A DNA stretch of 64,000 bases from an uncultured Spirochaetota bacterium (lineage in GTDB: Bacteria > Spirochaetota > UBA4802 > UBA5550), in assembly GCA_963827275.1 (NCBI GenBank), contig CAWHAA010000006.1, forward strand, positions 64,001 to 128,000, read 5' to 3'. Made by a program: the position numbers and the translations under genes. This document shows, piece after piece, positions 18,107-27,100 of the stretch. Every line of letters starts with the position of its first letter. Position 1 is the first letter of the stretch. Below the pieces are notes generated by a model, which made no database searches, had not been told where the DNA came from, and was given only the letters and a program-made list of their open reading frames with translations.

Positions 18107-20056
18107 ATGATGAACATGCGTGAGACAACAGATATAGAAGGATTTGTCCTCAGGTTCCGCGACGACCCCGGAGAAAGGGCCGACCTCATTGGCCGGCTTA
18201 TCGGTGATAATCCCCGCATTACGCTGAACCTCCCGCGCTCCGGGCCGGCCCGCCGCATATCAGGCCTGCTCCGTGAAGGCCCCTTTTCCGATTTTTACGA
18301 ATTCGAAAAGTCTCTCGCGCGGTCGCTCCACCCGCTCCTGGCGAAGCTCAACCTCAACATCATGGCTGACATACTGGTCAACGGCCTCTTTGAAGAGAAG
18401 TATCGCCGGTATACGAAGCGCTTCCAGCGGGCGCTGGCGGCGAACAAACCCCTGACCCAGGCGGCCCTGAAAGACCTGCTGCTCGACATGGTCGCGCGTG
18501 ACGGCCACTGGATGGCGGTGAAATTCTACGACCTGATACTCCGTCCCATTGACCCGGACCTTTTCAGGCGGCTCAAGCCCGTGGAGTATGCGGTCATGGA
18601 GATGAAAAACGCCCCCGGGCGGGACGCGGCGCGCACTCCTGCGCATGTTGCCGACATGCTCAGCGCATACCGGCGGAAACACGGCGCCGACGGCGCCGAG
18701 CTCCTGTCCGTGCGCATGGCATGGGACGATGAGCTCGGGAGCTATGCCGGGAAGCCCGCGGATGACGGCCGTGATGAAGACGTCGTTGCGGATGAGGCGG
18801 CGGCTCCGCGGATGGAACAGGGGCCGGGTGAGGACCTGGATTATCTCGCGGAGGGAGAAGGCCGGGGAGATGACGCGGCAGAAGGTGAATATACCGGGGA
18901 AGCAGCACGGGATGACGATGTTTCAGAAGATGCTGCCGGGCAGGGCGAGGTCCCGGAGGATGATGACGTTATCCTGCTTGAAGATATCCCCGGGCGGCCT
19001 GAAAGCAGCGGGCCTGAAAGGCCCGTACCCGGAGAAGGAGCCGGCCGGGGACCCGGGTCCGCCGCAGAAGACCCTGAGGCGCGGGCAAGCATGGGGAGGG
19101 TAGCACGGTATGCCGAAGTGCTGAAAAATGATTTTCTCCTCCTGAAACGCCCCGAAGACGAGGAAGGCATCCGCGAGCTTGTTGACGGCATGTATGCGAA
19201 AAATGAAAAAAGCTTCGGGGCTGACCGGGCGGCCGAGATCGTGCACGAGGTGCTGTCAGTATGGATCAACGACGAGAGGATCAACGGCTGGATGCGCGGG
19301 ATACTGTCGGACATCGTGGATGAGCGGTACGGGACCTTCACGGTGCATGATGAGCCGGGAGGCGCCGGCGCGTTTGAAAGCGGAACCGGGCCCGTGCCGG
19401 ATGCCGCTGGTGCAGATGACGGCGCCCCTGACGGGGACAGGCTGATAGATGACGAGCTCATAGTAGAAGATATCGCCGCCGATGCGGGTGAAGTTGCTCT
19501 TGGTGAGGACGAAGCCACCCCGGAAGAATTTTCCGAAGAGCTCACCGACAACTCCGAAGCGGAGCTGCGCGCGCTCCTTGCGGGCGCCGATGAGGCGCAG
19601 CCAGACGTGGAGCCCGCAGGCGAAAGCGGAGACCATGACGCTTCATCAATGATAGAAGAGATCGATCATATCAACGCTGAAGACATCGTCCCCGTGGTTG
19701 AAGTATCAGGCGTTGAAGGGGCCGGGGAGGAGTTCCTGGTTTTCGAGGAGGAGTCCCGTGATCTGACGGGGCACGCGGGGGATGACCGGGAGGAGGGCTT
19801 CCTCGCGGACACGGCCCCGGGCACGGCAGACGGCCTGGGCGGTGGTGAACTGGCGGACCTCGACCTTGATTTCGAAGCCGCCAACCCGGCGGGCAAACGG
19901 TTCGCCGCGCGGGAAGCGGCAGGCGGTGGCGGCGCGCCGGCGGGGCCGACCGGGGTCCATGGCGGAGCTGAAGCGGATTCTTTCGTCGTGAAGGATGAGA
20001 TCCTGTTCGAGGACAGGTCATTGAAAATAAAAAAAATGAAAAATGGGAAGGCGTGA
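18107..20056 (+). CDS. Hypothetical protein with long acidic, low-complexity regions
   Basis: 649-aa ORF, D/E/G/A-rich, directly followed by the next gene. Confidence 0.75.
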   Translation: MMNMRETTDIEGFVLRFRDDPGERADLIGRLIGDNPRITLNLPRSGPARRISGLLREGPFSDFYEFEKSLARSLHPLLAKLNLNIMADILVNGLFEEKYRRYTKRFQRALAANKPLTQAALKDLLLDMVARDGHWMAVKFYDLILRPIDPDLFRRLKPVEYAVMEMKNAPGRDAARTPAHVADMLSAYRRKHGADGAELLSVRMAWDDELGSYAGKPADDGRDEDVVADEAAAPRMEQGPGEDLDYLAEGEGRGDDAAEGEYTGEAARDDDVSEDAAGQGEVPEDDDVILLEDIPGRPESSGPERPVPGEGAGRGPGSAAEDPEARASMGRVARYAEVLKNDFLLLKRPEDEEGIRELVDGMYAKNEKSFGADRAAEIVHEVLSVWINDERINGWMRGILSDIVDERYGTFTVHDEPGGAGAFESGTGPVPDAAGADDGAPDGDRLIDDELIVEDIAADAGEVALGEDEATPEEFSEELTDNSEAELRALLAGADEAQPDVEPAGESGDHDASSMIEEIDHINAEDIVPVVEVSGVEGAGEEFLVFEEESRDLTGHAGDDREEGFLADTAPGTADGLGGGELADLDLDFEAANPAGKRFAAREAAGGGGAPAGPTGVHGGAEADSFVVKDEILFEDRSLKIKKMKNGKA

Positions 20057-20059
20057 CGC

Positions 20060-20749
20060 ATGACCGGGAAAATTAAAAAAATCCTCATTGCCTCCCTGGT
20101 GCTCAACCTCGCGCTGGTTCTTGCCGGGGCGTTTTTCTTATATAAGGGACACCACCGGAAGGTGCTGCGCCCCTATCTCAGGGATTATTACCAGTACAAA
20201 GTAGGCCATTACGCGACCCTCGGGCACGACGACGCGAGAATATTTTTCGTAGGGGACAGCCTTACCGACCGCTGTGAATGGGCCGAGCTGTTCGGCCGAT
20301 GCGATATTGCGTCGCGGGGGATCGACGGCGACACCACCGACGGCGTGCTGAACAGGATCGGCGAGGTCACGGCGCGGAAGCCGACGAAGATATTCATCAT
20401 GATCGGGGGTAATGACTTCGTGATCGGCAGGTCGGTGGAAACCGTGGCGGACAATTACCGGAAGATACTTGCCCGGATACGGTCAGAGTCGCCCGGCACC
20501 ATCATCTACATACAGAGCAATCTGCCGACCCTGTACCGCCTCTTTCCCCTGCCGCGCACCCTTATCCGCGAACTGAATGCCCGGACCAGGTCGATGGCGG
20601 ATAACCGGAACATATTTTTTCTCGACATCTACAGCCGCATGGCTGATGCAAACGGCGACCTGGTCGAGGCCTTCACCATAGACGGCGCGCACCTGAGCGG
20701 CAGGGGCTATCAGGTCTGGCGCGACGCGATCCGCGAGCATGTCCGGTAA
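20060..20749 (+). CDS. GDSL/SGNH hydrolase (lipase/esterase)
   Basis: FVGDSLT, RGIDGD, IGGND, DGAH catalytic blocks. Confidence 0.92.
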   Translation: MTGKIKKILIASLVLNLALVLAGAFFLYKGHHRKVLRPYLRDYYQYKVGHYATLGHDDARIFFVGDSLTDRCEWAELFGRCDIASRGIDGDTTDGVLNRIGEVTARKPTKIFIMIGGNDFVIGRSVETVADNYRKILARIRSESPGTIIYIQSNLPTLYRLFPLPRTLIRELNARTRSMADNRNIFFLDIYSRMADANGDLVEAFTIDGAHLSGRGYQVWRDAIREHVR

Positions 20750-20783
20750 CCGGGACGCCAATTACATAATCAGAACAATAAAA

Positions 20784-21638
20784 ATGCATCGAATCATTAT
20801 CCTTGTCATTATACTGCTTCTCCTGTCAATGCCGCACAGGACAGGGGCCGCCGGCATGGATATCGGCATGTCAACCTGGTTCTGCTGGTGGCAGCCGTCG
20901 TGGAACAACGGCTTTTCTTCTTACAAAGTAACTCCTGCATTTTTCTATGGGCCGGGATTATCATTTCGTCTTCCGGGAAACGTTACTGTCTCATCGAATT
21001 TTTTATATGCGAGGGTAAAAGCCGAAGGGAGAATGATCCTGGCCCCGCCCTCAAAAATGAACCGCGTCATTCGGCGATATGACAGCGATTCAACCTTAAG
21101 TTATACGTTTACAAGGTTCTTCAAACTTTTTGCGGGCTTCAAGTATTCTTATTACAGCTATCAGGAAAGCTCACCGATGTTCATGCCGGGGAGTATGTTC
21201 CAATTAACGATCGATAAGAAAAAATATAATGAGTACGCACCCGCTCTGGGAATCGGTTTTACCATTCATCTGGTCGATCATCTGTATGTAATGATACATG
21301 CGTCATGCGTATACATGTTCACCAGTGTGGAAAAAGACTCCCGTGTGTTGATGTCGGTTTCAGGCATGTCTCCGTTATTTTTTATTTATCCGCGTAAGAA
21401 CTGGTCAGTCAATAAAATGGGAGCGAATGCGCAATTAGCCCTGGCCTATTTTATAAAGCCGATTAATACAAGCATATCCATTGGCTTCAGATACCAGTTC
21501 TATAAGACTGTAAAATCAGATACCCAGGAGGACCAGTATACTCATTATTATGACCATTTTTACGGTATAAACGCGTCAGTTATATACAGAATTGACTTTG
21601 AAAAGAAAAAAGACCAGGCTGAAGATGATATAGAATGA
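20784..21638 (+). CDS. Secreted, probable outer-membrane beta-barrel protein
   Basis: Signal peptide from M at 20784; aromatic-rich alternating beta-strands (FYGINASVIYRIDF). Confidence 0.6.
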   Translation: MHRIIILVIILLLLSMPHRTGAAGMDIGMSTWFCWWQPSWNNGFSSYKVTPAFFYGPGLSFRLPGNVTVSSNFLYARVKAEGRMILAPPSKMNRVIRRYDSDSTLSYTFTRFFKLFAGFKYSYYSYQESSPMFMPGSMFQLTIDKKKYNEYAPALGIGFTIHLVDHLYVMIHASCVYMFTSVEKDSRVLMSVSGMSPLFFIYPRKNWSVNKMGANAQLALAYFIKPINTSISIGFRYQFYKTVKSDTQEDQYTHYYDHFYGINASVIYRIDFEKKKDQAEDDIE

Positions 21639-21658
21639 GAAGCCTCAGGCGGGAATGA

Positions 21659-22216
21659 CTACAGGCTTGGTATGTCGCTTATGGAGTCGTGTTCCGGGTC
21701 CGTCTTCTTTTTGGCTTTTTCTGCTTTTCCGCTTTCCGGTAGTATTTTTTCCACGGGGGCGCTCTTCCCCTTATACGCAGGAATCGATTGTTTTTCCACT
21801 GCCTGTTGCAGCTCCACCGGGGCGGACGGGGCGGTAGCATCACGGCGCTCGATGTTTTTCGTCTCAGGCATGTCGAGTGTTTCATCGACCTGAGGGGCGG
21901 GCCGTGCCGCTGCCTCTATGATATATTTAACCCCCTTGTACGTCCCCGCCGCCGAGCCGGAAGCCACCGCCGCCGCGGTTATCCCGGCGATTATCTTGCT
22001 CTGCAGCATGGTGACATGCAGTCCGTATTTTCTGAACAGCATGAATATCATGATCACGAGCCAGGAGAGCAGGCCGTATCTGCCGGATTTTTTTAGTATG
22101 CGGCGAAGGTCGGGCTTCCTGCTTTCGATGGCGACCCGCTGGAGCTCCGGGGAGACCGGGCGGGAGAGCCGGTACGCGTCAACGAGACGGCGCAATCGTT
22201 GTTTGTCATTGTTCAT
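21659..22216 (-). CDS. Membrane protein, putative anti-sigma factor
   Basis: ATGA overlap with the ECF sigma gene; hydrophobic segments followed by a Pro/Lys-rich tail. Confidence 0.55.
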   Translation of the reverse strand: MNNDKQRLRRLVDAYRLSRPVSPELQRVAIESRKPDLRRILKKSGRYGLLSWLVIMIFMLFRKYGLHVTMLQSKIIAGITAAAVASGSAAGTYKGVKYIIEAAARPAPQVDETLDMPETKNIERRDATAPSAPVELQQAVEKQSIPAYKGKSAPVEKILPESGKAEKAKKKTDPEHDSISDIPSL

Positions 22217-22731
22217 AATAATTCCGCCAGGTCCTTTATCCCTTTGTTCCGGAGGTGATCGAGTATGCCCTTCGCCAGCTGGCCGTACCGGTATTCAACC
22301 TGCCGCCGCGACAGCCCCAGTATCTCGGCGACGCTGGCGTATGAATAATCGTGTATCGCGATACAATCAAGCAATACCCGGTCCTCCTCGCTGCATTCGA
22401 CCTGCTCGATCGCTTCGGCGATCATGATCCTCGCGTCCCGCGCCCCGTTGACGAACGCCAGCCCCTCGTCATTGAAGACCTCATCGATGTCAACGTCCGG
22501 CCTCTTTTTGGCGTAATGCCGGTACACGACATTTTTCAGCGTTCCGTACAGCCATGCCCGCTTGTTTTCGATCGTCTCGAATTTTTCCAGGAAAATTATA
22601 AACACCTCCTGGCATATGTCCCGGGCCTCCTCCGGGTTGCCGACCCTGGCAAGCAGGGAGCCGAGGATCAGGGGATAATATTCCATATACGCCTGGGTAA
22701 ACGCATCTGCCGGCCTTGTTTTCTTATTCAT
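22213..22731 (-). CDS. ECF-type RNA polymerase sigma factor
   Basis: Region 2 ARDICQEVF...AWLYGTLKN; region 4 YASVAEILGLSRRQVEYR. Confidence 0.9.
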   Translation of the reverse strand: MNKKTRPADAFTQAYMEYYPLILGSLLARVGNPEEARDICQEVFIIFLEKFETIENKRAWLYGTLKNVVYRHYAKKRPDVDIDEVFNDEGLAFVNGARDARIMIAEAIEQVECSEEDRVLLDCIAIHDYSYASVAEILGLSRRQVEYRYGQLAKGILDHLRNKGIKDLAELL

Positions 22732-23078
22732 CTGTTAGTTTATATGTCCGTTATGTAGTCCGTAAAATAACTATTATAGAACAAATAATTCAGCGCTCAA
22801 CTGTTTTTTTTTAAATTTCATGATTATATCCAGGCCCCGGTCCGGGAGAAACCCCATACCGGGCATGCCGGCTGCGTGTTATGGGCAATTATCCTGCCAA
22901 AAGACGTATTGACCAATTAAAAATATTGTGCGGTTTTAAGCTCTCCCCGGACTCAATACCTGTTATGACACTATCCAATAACAAAATCATACCAGTTCGA
23001 ATGCCGGGACCGAAGGACATCAATGCCGATGGCCCGGCAGGGTATCTGGAAATTATTACATCTTTATGGGGGTTTCAA

Positions 23079-24047
23079 ATGAAGAAAAACGTATTTATGG
23101 CGGGGATCTCTATGATCTGTTGCGCAATCTGGATGCTGGGCGGATGTACAAATGATCCTTCCGGCGGTGACCGGGACAGCGCGCTATTGCTGGGATTGAA
23201 CAATACCATGACCGAAGAACAGGCGGCGTTCAGTCTTGTAACGGCACTCCCTGGCGTACAGGACATGTCGCAAACATCGGGGGGGAGCAGCAGTGTCGCT
23301 TCGACGAAGGAAATGATCACTGAAATGAACAAAAGCGCGTCATACGCATTTCTAAAATCGGAGCTGGGCGGGACGGGGCCCAGGGAATCGGTCAGCCTCA
23401 TTACTGATGATACATGTGAAAGCGGGACCTGCTATACCCTGAGCGGGAACGGCACGTGCGCGAACGGCGGAAGCGTGACCTTTAACGACATAACTATGAC
23501 CTTGAGCATCGTACCGGAGGAGAATGGTGGGACCTTTACGGGCTCCACGGATGGTTCGGCGACCTACGCGCAGTGCGGCGGCAATGCGCATAACTGGCTT
23601 ACCTACCCGGAGTATGTGTATGCCGTCATTGACGGGACCGTGACGCAGAACGATCAATTTAATGATGTCTTTGTCCTGCTCGGGGGCGATGTGCTCTCCG
23701 GCGCCTATACCATGTCATCGACCCAGACCGGGACCAGGACCGTTACTTCCGCAATGGTTTCGGTGAACGGCATGGTTTTCTCGCAGGTGGAATTGAATTG
23801 CACCACTGACCTGATGAGGACCAGCCAGATATCAAATCAGACACAGGTAACGGAAGGAAACATCATGAGAATGTCCGCGGACCACGTCGAAACCATCACC
23901 GGGCACGTGACAATCACCGGGACTCTCGGGCCGGATAATGACATCAATGCGGAAAGGATTTTCAACACGGAAACATTCCGGTATCATTCAGACTGTATCA
24001 TGGATACTGAAAATTTCGCCGTCAGCTGCTCGGTGAGGGCACTGTAA
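23079..24047 (+). CDS. Hypothetical lipoprotein, Thr/Ser/Gly-rich
   Basis: MKKNVF...LGGC lipobox; several Cys residues; terminator follows. Confidence 0.75.
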   Translation: MKKNVFMAGISMICCAIWMLGGCTNDPSGGDRDSALLLGLNNTMTEEQAAFSLVTALPGVQDMSQTSGGSSSVASTKEMITEMNKSASYAFLKSELGGTGPRESVSLITDDTCESGTCYTLSGNGTCANGGSVTFNDITMTLSIVPEENGGTFTGSTDGSATYAQCGGNAHNWLTYPEYVYAVIDGTVTQNDQFNDVFVLLGGDVLSGAYTMSSTQTGTRTVTSAMVSVNGMVFSQVELNCTTDLMRTSQISNQTQVTEGNIMRMSADHVETITGHVTITGTLGPDNDINAERIFNTETFRYHSDCIMDTENFAVSCSVRAL

Positions 24048-24077
24048 GCCGGCGCGGCGATTTAACGGCCGGATTAT

Positions 24078-24107
24078 AGAATAAGCGGGGGCGTCCCCGC
24101 TTATTCT
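24078..24107. terminator. Hairpin terminator between convergent genes
   Basis: AGAATAAGCGGGG-GCGT-CCCCGCTTATTCT. Confidence 0.8.
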
Positions 24108-24165
24108 GCTTTGCAGCGTCAAAAGGATTTGCCGGACCGCATGAGCGGGCGGATGTGAAATGATA

Positions 24166-27100
24166 TTATTCCGACCGCTTTTTCCTGTAGTAGGCGGGTG
24201 ATATCTTCATTATCTCGCGGAAGGCCTTGTTGAAGGTCCTGAGGCTCCCGAAGCCGACGGAGAAGGCGATGTCGATTATCTTGTCGTCCGTCTCCTGGAG
24301 CTTCCGGGCCGCCTCGTTGATGCGGAGCTCGTTAATGTAATCGTTCATCTTCTTCCCGTGGTACAGCTTGAAATACCTCCCCAGGTTGTCGTGGTGCAGG
24401 CCGATATGCGATGCGAGACCCTCGCGTGAGATTTCGTACGCGTAGTTTTCATGGATGTACTCTATCGCCTTCTGTATCTTTTCGCTTATCATGGGCGACT
24501 GCACCGGCTTTTTCTCCGGCTGCCGGGGGGCCTGGCTTTTACGGCTGAGGGAATCGATCTCGGTCGCGAACGCGACATGCGCGAGGAAGGTAAGGAGCAG
24601 GTCCGCCTCCTTCTCGGTGAATATCCCGCTGGTGAGCGAATTGTCAAGGTAGCAGACGCCGATGGACCTGTCGCGCTCGTTTATCGGGACGCAGAGGATT
24701 GACTTCGGGTTCACGCGCGCGTTATCGTAGCCCGCGATGTCCGGGTGCTCCCTGGCGTCCTTCATGATGATCTGTTCCTGCGTGACATAGACTTCGCGCA
24801 TCATGTTGAGGACATACTGGTCGATCGCCATGTCGTAGCCAAGGGTGGAAAAAACGGCCTTCTTTTCGAGCTCGTCCTTCTCGTTCGCGATATAGATGCA
24901 CCCGCGCTGGGCGCCGGTGATCTCGACCGCCTTGAACAGGATGCGCTCCATGAGCTGTTCCGTATCGGATATCTGGCTGATGTCCCGCGCGAGCTGTATG
25001 ATTGACGAGAGCCGCTCGTTGTCGACCCGGCGCTCGAGCGAGGAGGGCTCGCCGCTCTCCCCGGTGATGCCGAGCAGCCCCTTCAGCTCGCTGATGCGGC
25101 GCTCGGCGCCGATAGTGGTGAAGATGCGGTACGCCATCTCCAGCATGTTCTTTGCGACGATCCCGGCATCAGTCTGCGACAGGTAGAGCCCGTATTCATA
25201 GTAGCTGCGGCCGACGCAGAAGCGCCGCTCTATCTTCTTGTTGTGGTCGATGCTCGCCCGGAAGAGCCTGTCGGCCCGTTTTTTTCTGCCGGTCACCGCG
25301 CAGTATTTCGCGTTTACCAGCAGGGCCATGCCGTAATAGCTGGTCCAGCGCCTGGTCGCCGCGAGCGACTTCGCGCAGAAGGCGCCCGCTTTCGCGAGGG
25401 CCTGCTTTTTCCCCGCCTTGTCCATGTCGGGAGCGATGAGATATTCGGCCAGGTACGCTTCCGCCAGCCAGGAGTAAAGGTGGACCGTGTAGTGCTTTAA
25501 AAAGTTATTTCCCCTGAAAATAGCGAGCGCTTCTTCGAGCAGTTCAATCGAGCGGCGGGTGTCCCGTTTCTCGAGGTAGACCCTGCCGAGCTCGATGCAG
25601 GACAGGCAGTGGGTAAACTGTATCCGGGCGTCCTTGCTGTAGTTGTACGCGGCGAGGCCGAGCGATTCTGCGGTCTCGATGTCGCCCGTTTCAAGAAAAT
25701 AGGGAGTGCTCAGAATCCATGCCATGCTGATGCCGAAAAAGTCGCTGGTCTCGCTGGTGATGGTGAAATACTGGTCAAGATGCTGGCTGACCGACTTGTA
25801 GTCGCCGATAAGCTGGTAATCATGGATGAGGCTCGCGCACGAGTTGCCGGTCTCGAAGATATCGCCCATGTTTTTAAACCGCCGGGAGGATTCCTCGAAA
25901 CAGTCGATGCTCTTGCGGTACCTGCCGCTCCACTGGTAGCAATAGCCGAGCCACTGGTATGACTGTGCCGCCCCCCACTGGTCGTTCAGGGATTCCCGCA
26001 TCGCGAGCGCGTTGCGGTGGTAGCGCTCCGACAGCTTGAAACGGGTCATGGCCATGAATATGTTTGCCAGGCCCCCCGTCGCCATGCCGAGCTCGGGTGA
26101 TTTGCCGATCTTGCTGATCGCGACGTTATGCGCCCGGAGCGTGAACCTGGCGAACTTCAGGGTGTTCGAGTAGAGGTATGTCCTGAGCAGGGGCAGCGAG
26201 AATTTCGCCCGGAGCTTGTTGTTCTCAACGGTCTTTTCCTTGCGGAAGCGGATAAGCACGCCGGGAAGCAGCAGGTTGATGGACAGGAGGAGAATCTCCT
26301 TGACGATGGTCAGGATGATGAGCCTCCTGTTGTCGGTGAAGCGCTCTCCCAGGAGCTTTCCCGCCTTTATCGCGTATTCCTCGCACTGTTCCCAGTCGCC
26401 CTTCCTGAAGTATGCCGCCGAGATGTTGCTGTAGACGTCGGCCTGTTTGTTCGTGTTGTTCATGAGGGGCGCCGCCTTGAGCAGCATCTGGATCGCCTCG
26501 TCGTACTTGCCGACCGTCATGTATATCTGGCTGATGTTGACGGCGATCCGTGTCCACTGGGGGGTCTTGGCGAGGCCCGTCTCCTCGAGTATTTTAAGCG
26601 TCAGCATGAAATACTTGAGGGCGTCTTCATTGGCATATCGCGCCATGGCCATGACGCCGGCCGGGTAGGTGAAGATAATAGCGCGTTCCGTGTCGCCGCC
26701 TTCTATGAAATGGTGCGCCAGGTCGAAAATAACCGGCGAAAGGTCGTCCTTGTTGTTTATCTCGATCGCGTCCGCAATCGCCAGGTGGAGCTTTTTCCTC
26801 TTGTCCTTGCGGATATTGCTGTAAAAGGCCTCCTTGATCCGGTCATGAGCGAACCCGATCTCCCCCCATGTCGGGAGGTCCACCAGGAGCTGGAGGTCGA
26901 TCGCCTTGTCTATGATGCGGACGATCTCGGTGCGGTCGAGGTCGCTCATCTTGAAGAGCAGCTGCATGTTGAATTTTTCGCCCATTACCGCGGCGCCGGA
27001 CAGGATGTCCTTCTCGTTCTTGTTCAGCCTGTTGATGCGCTTCAGGATCACATCGACGCTCGATGCCGATATCTCGACGGAGCCCAGCTTCGATTCGTCG

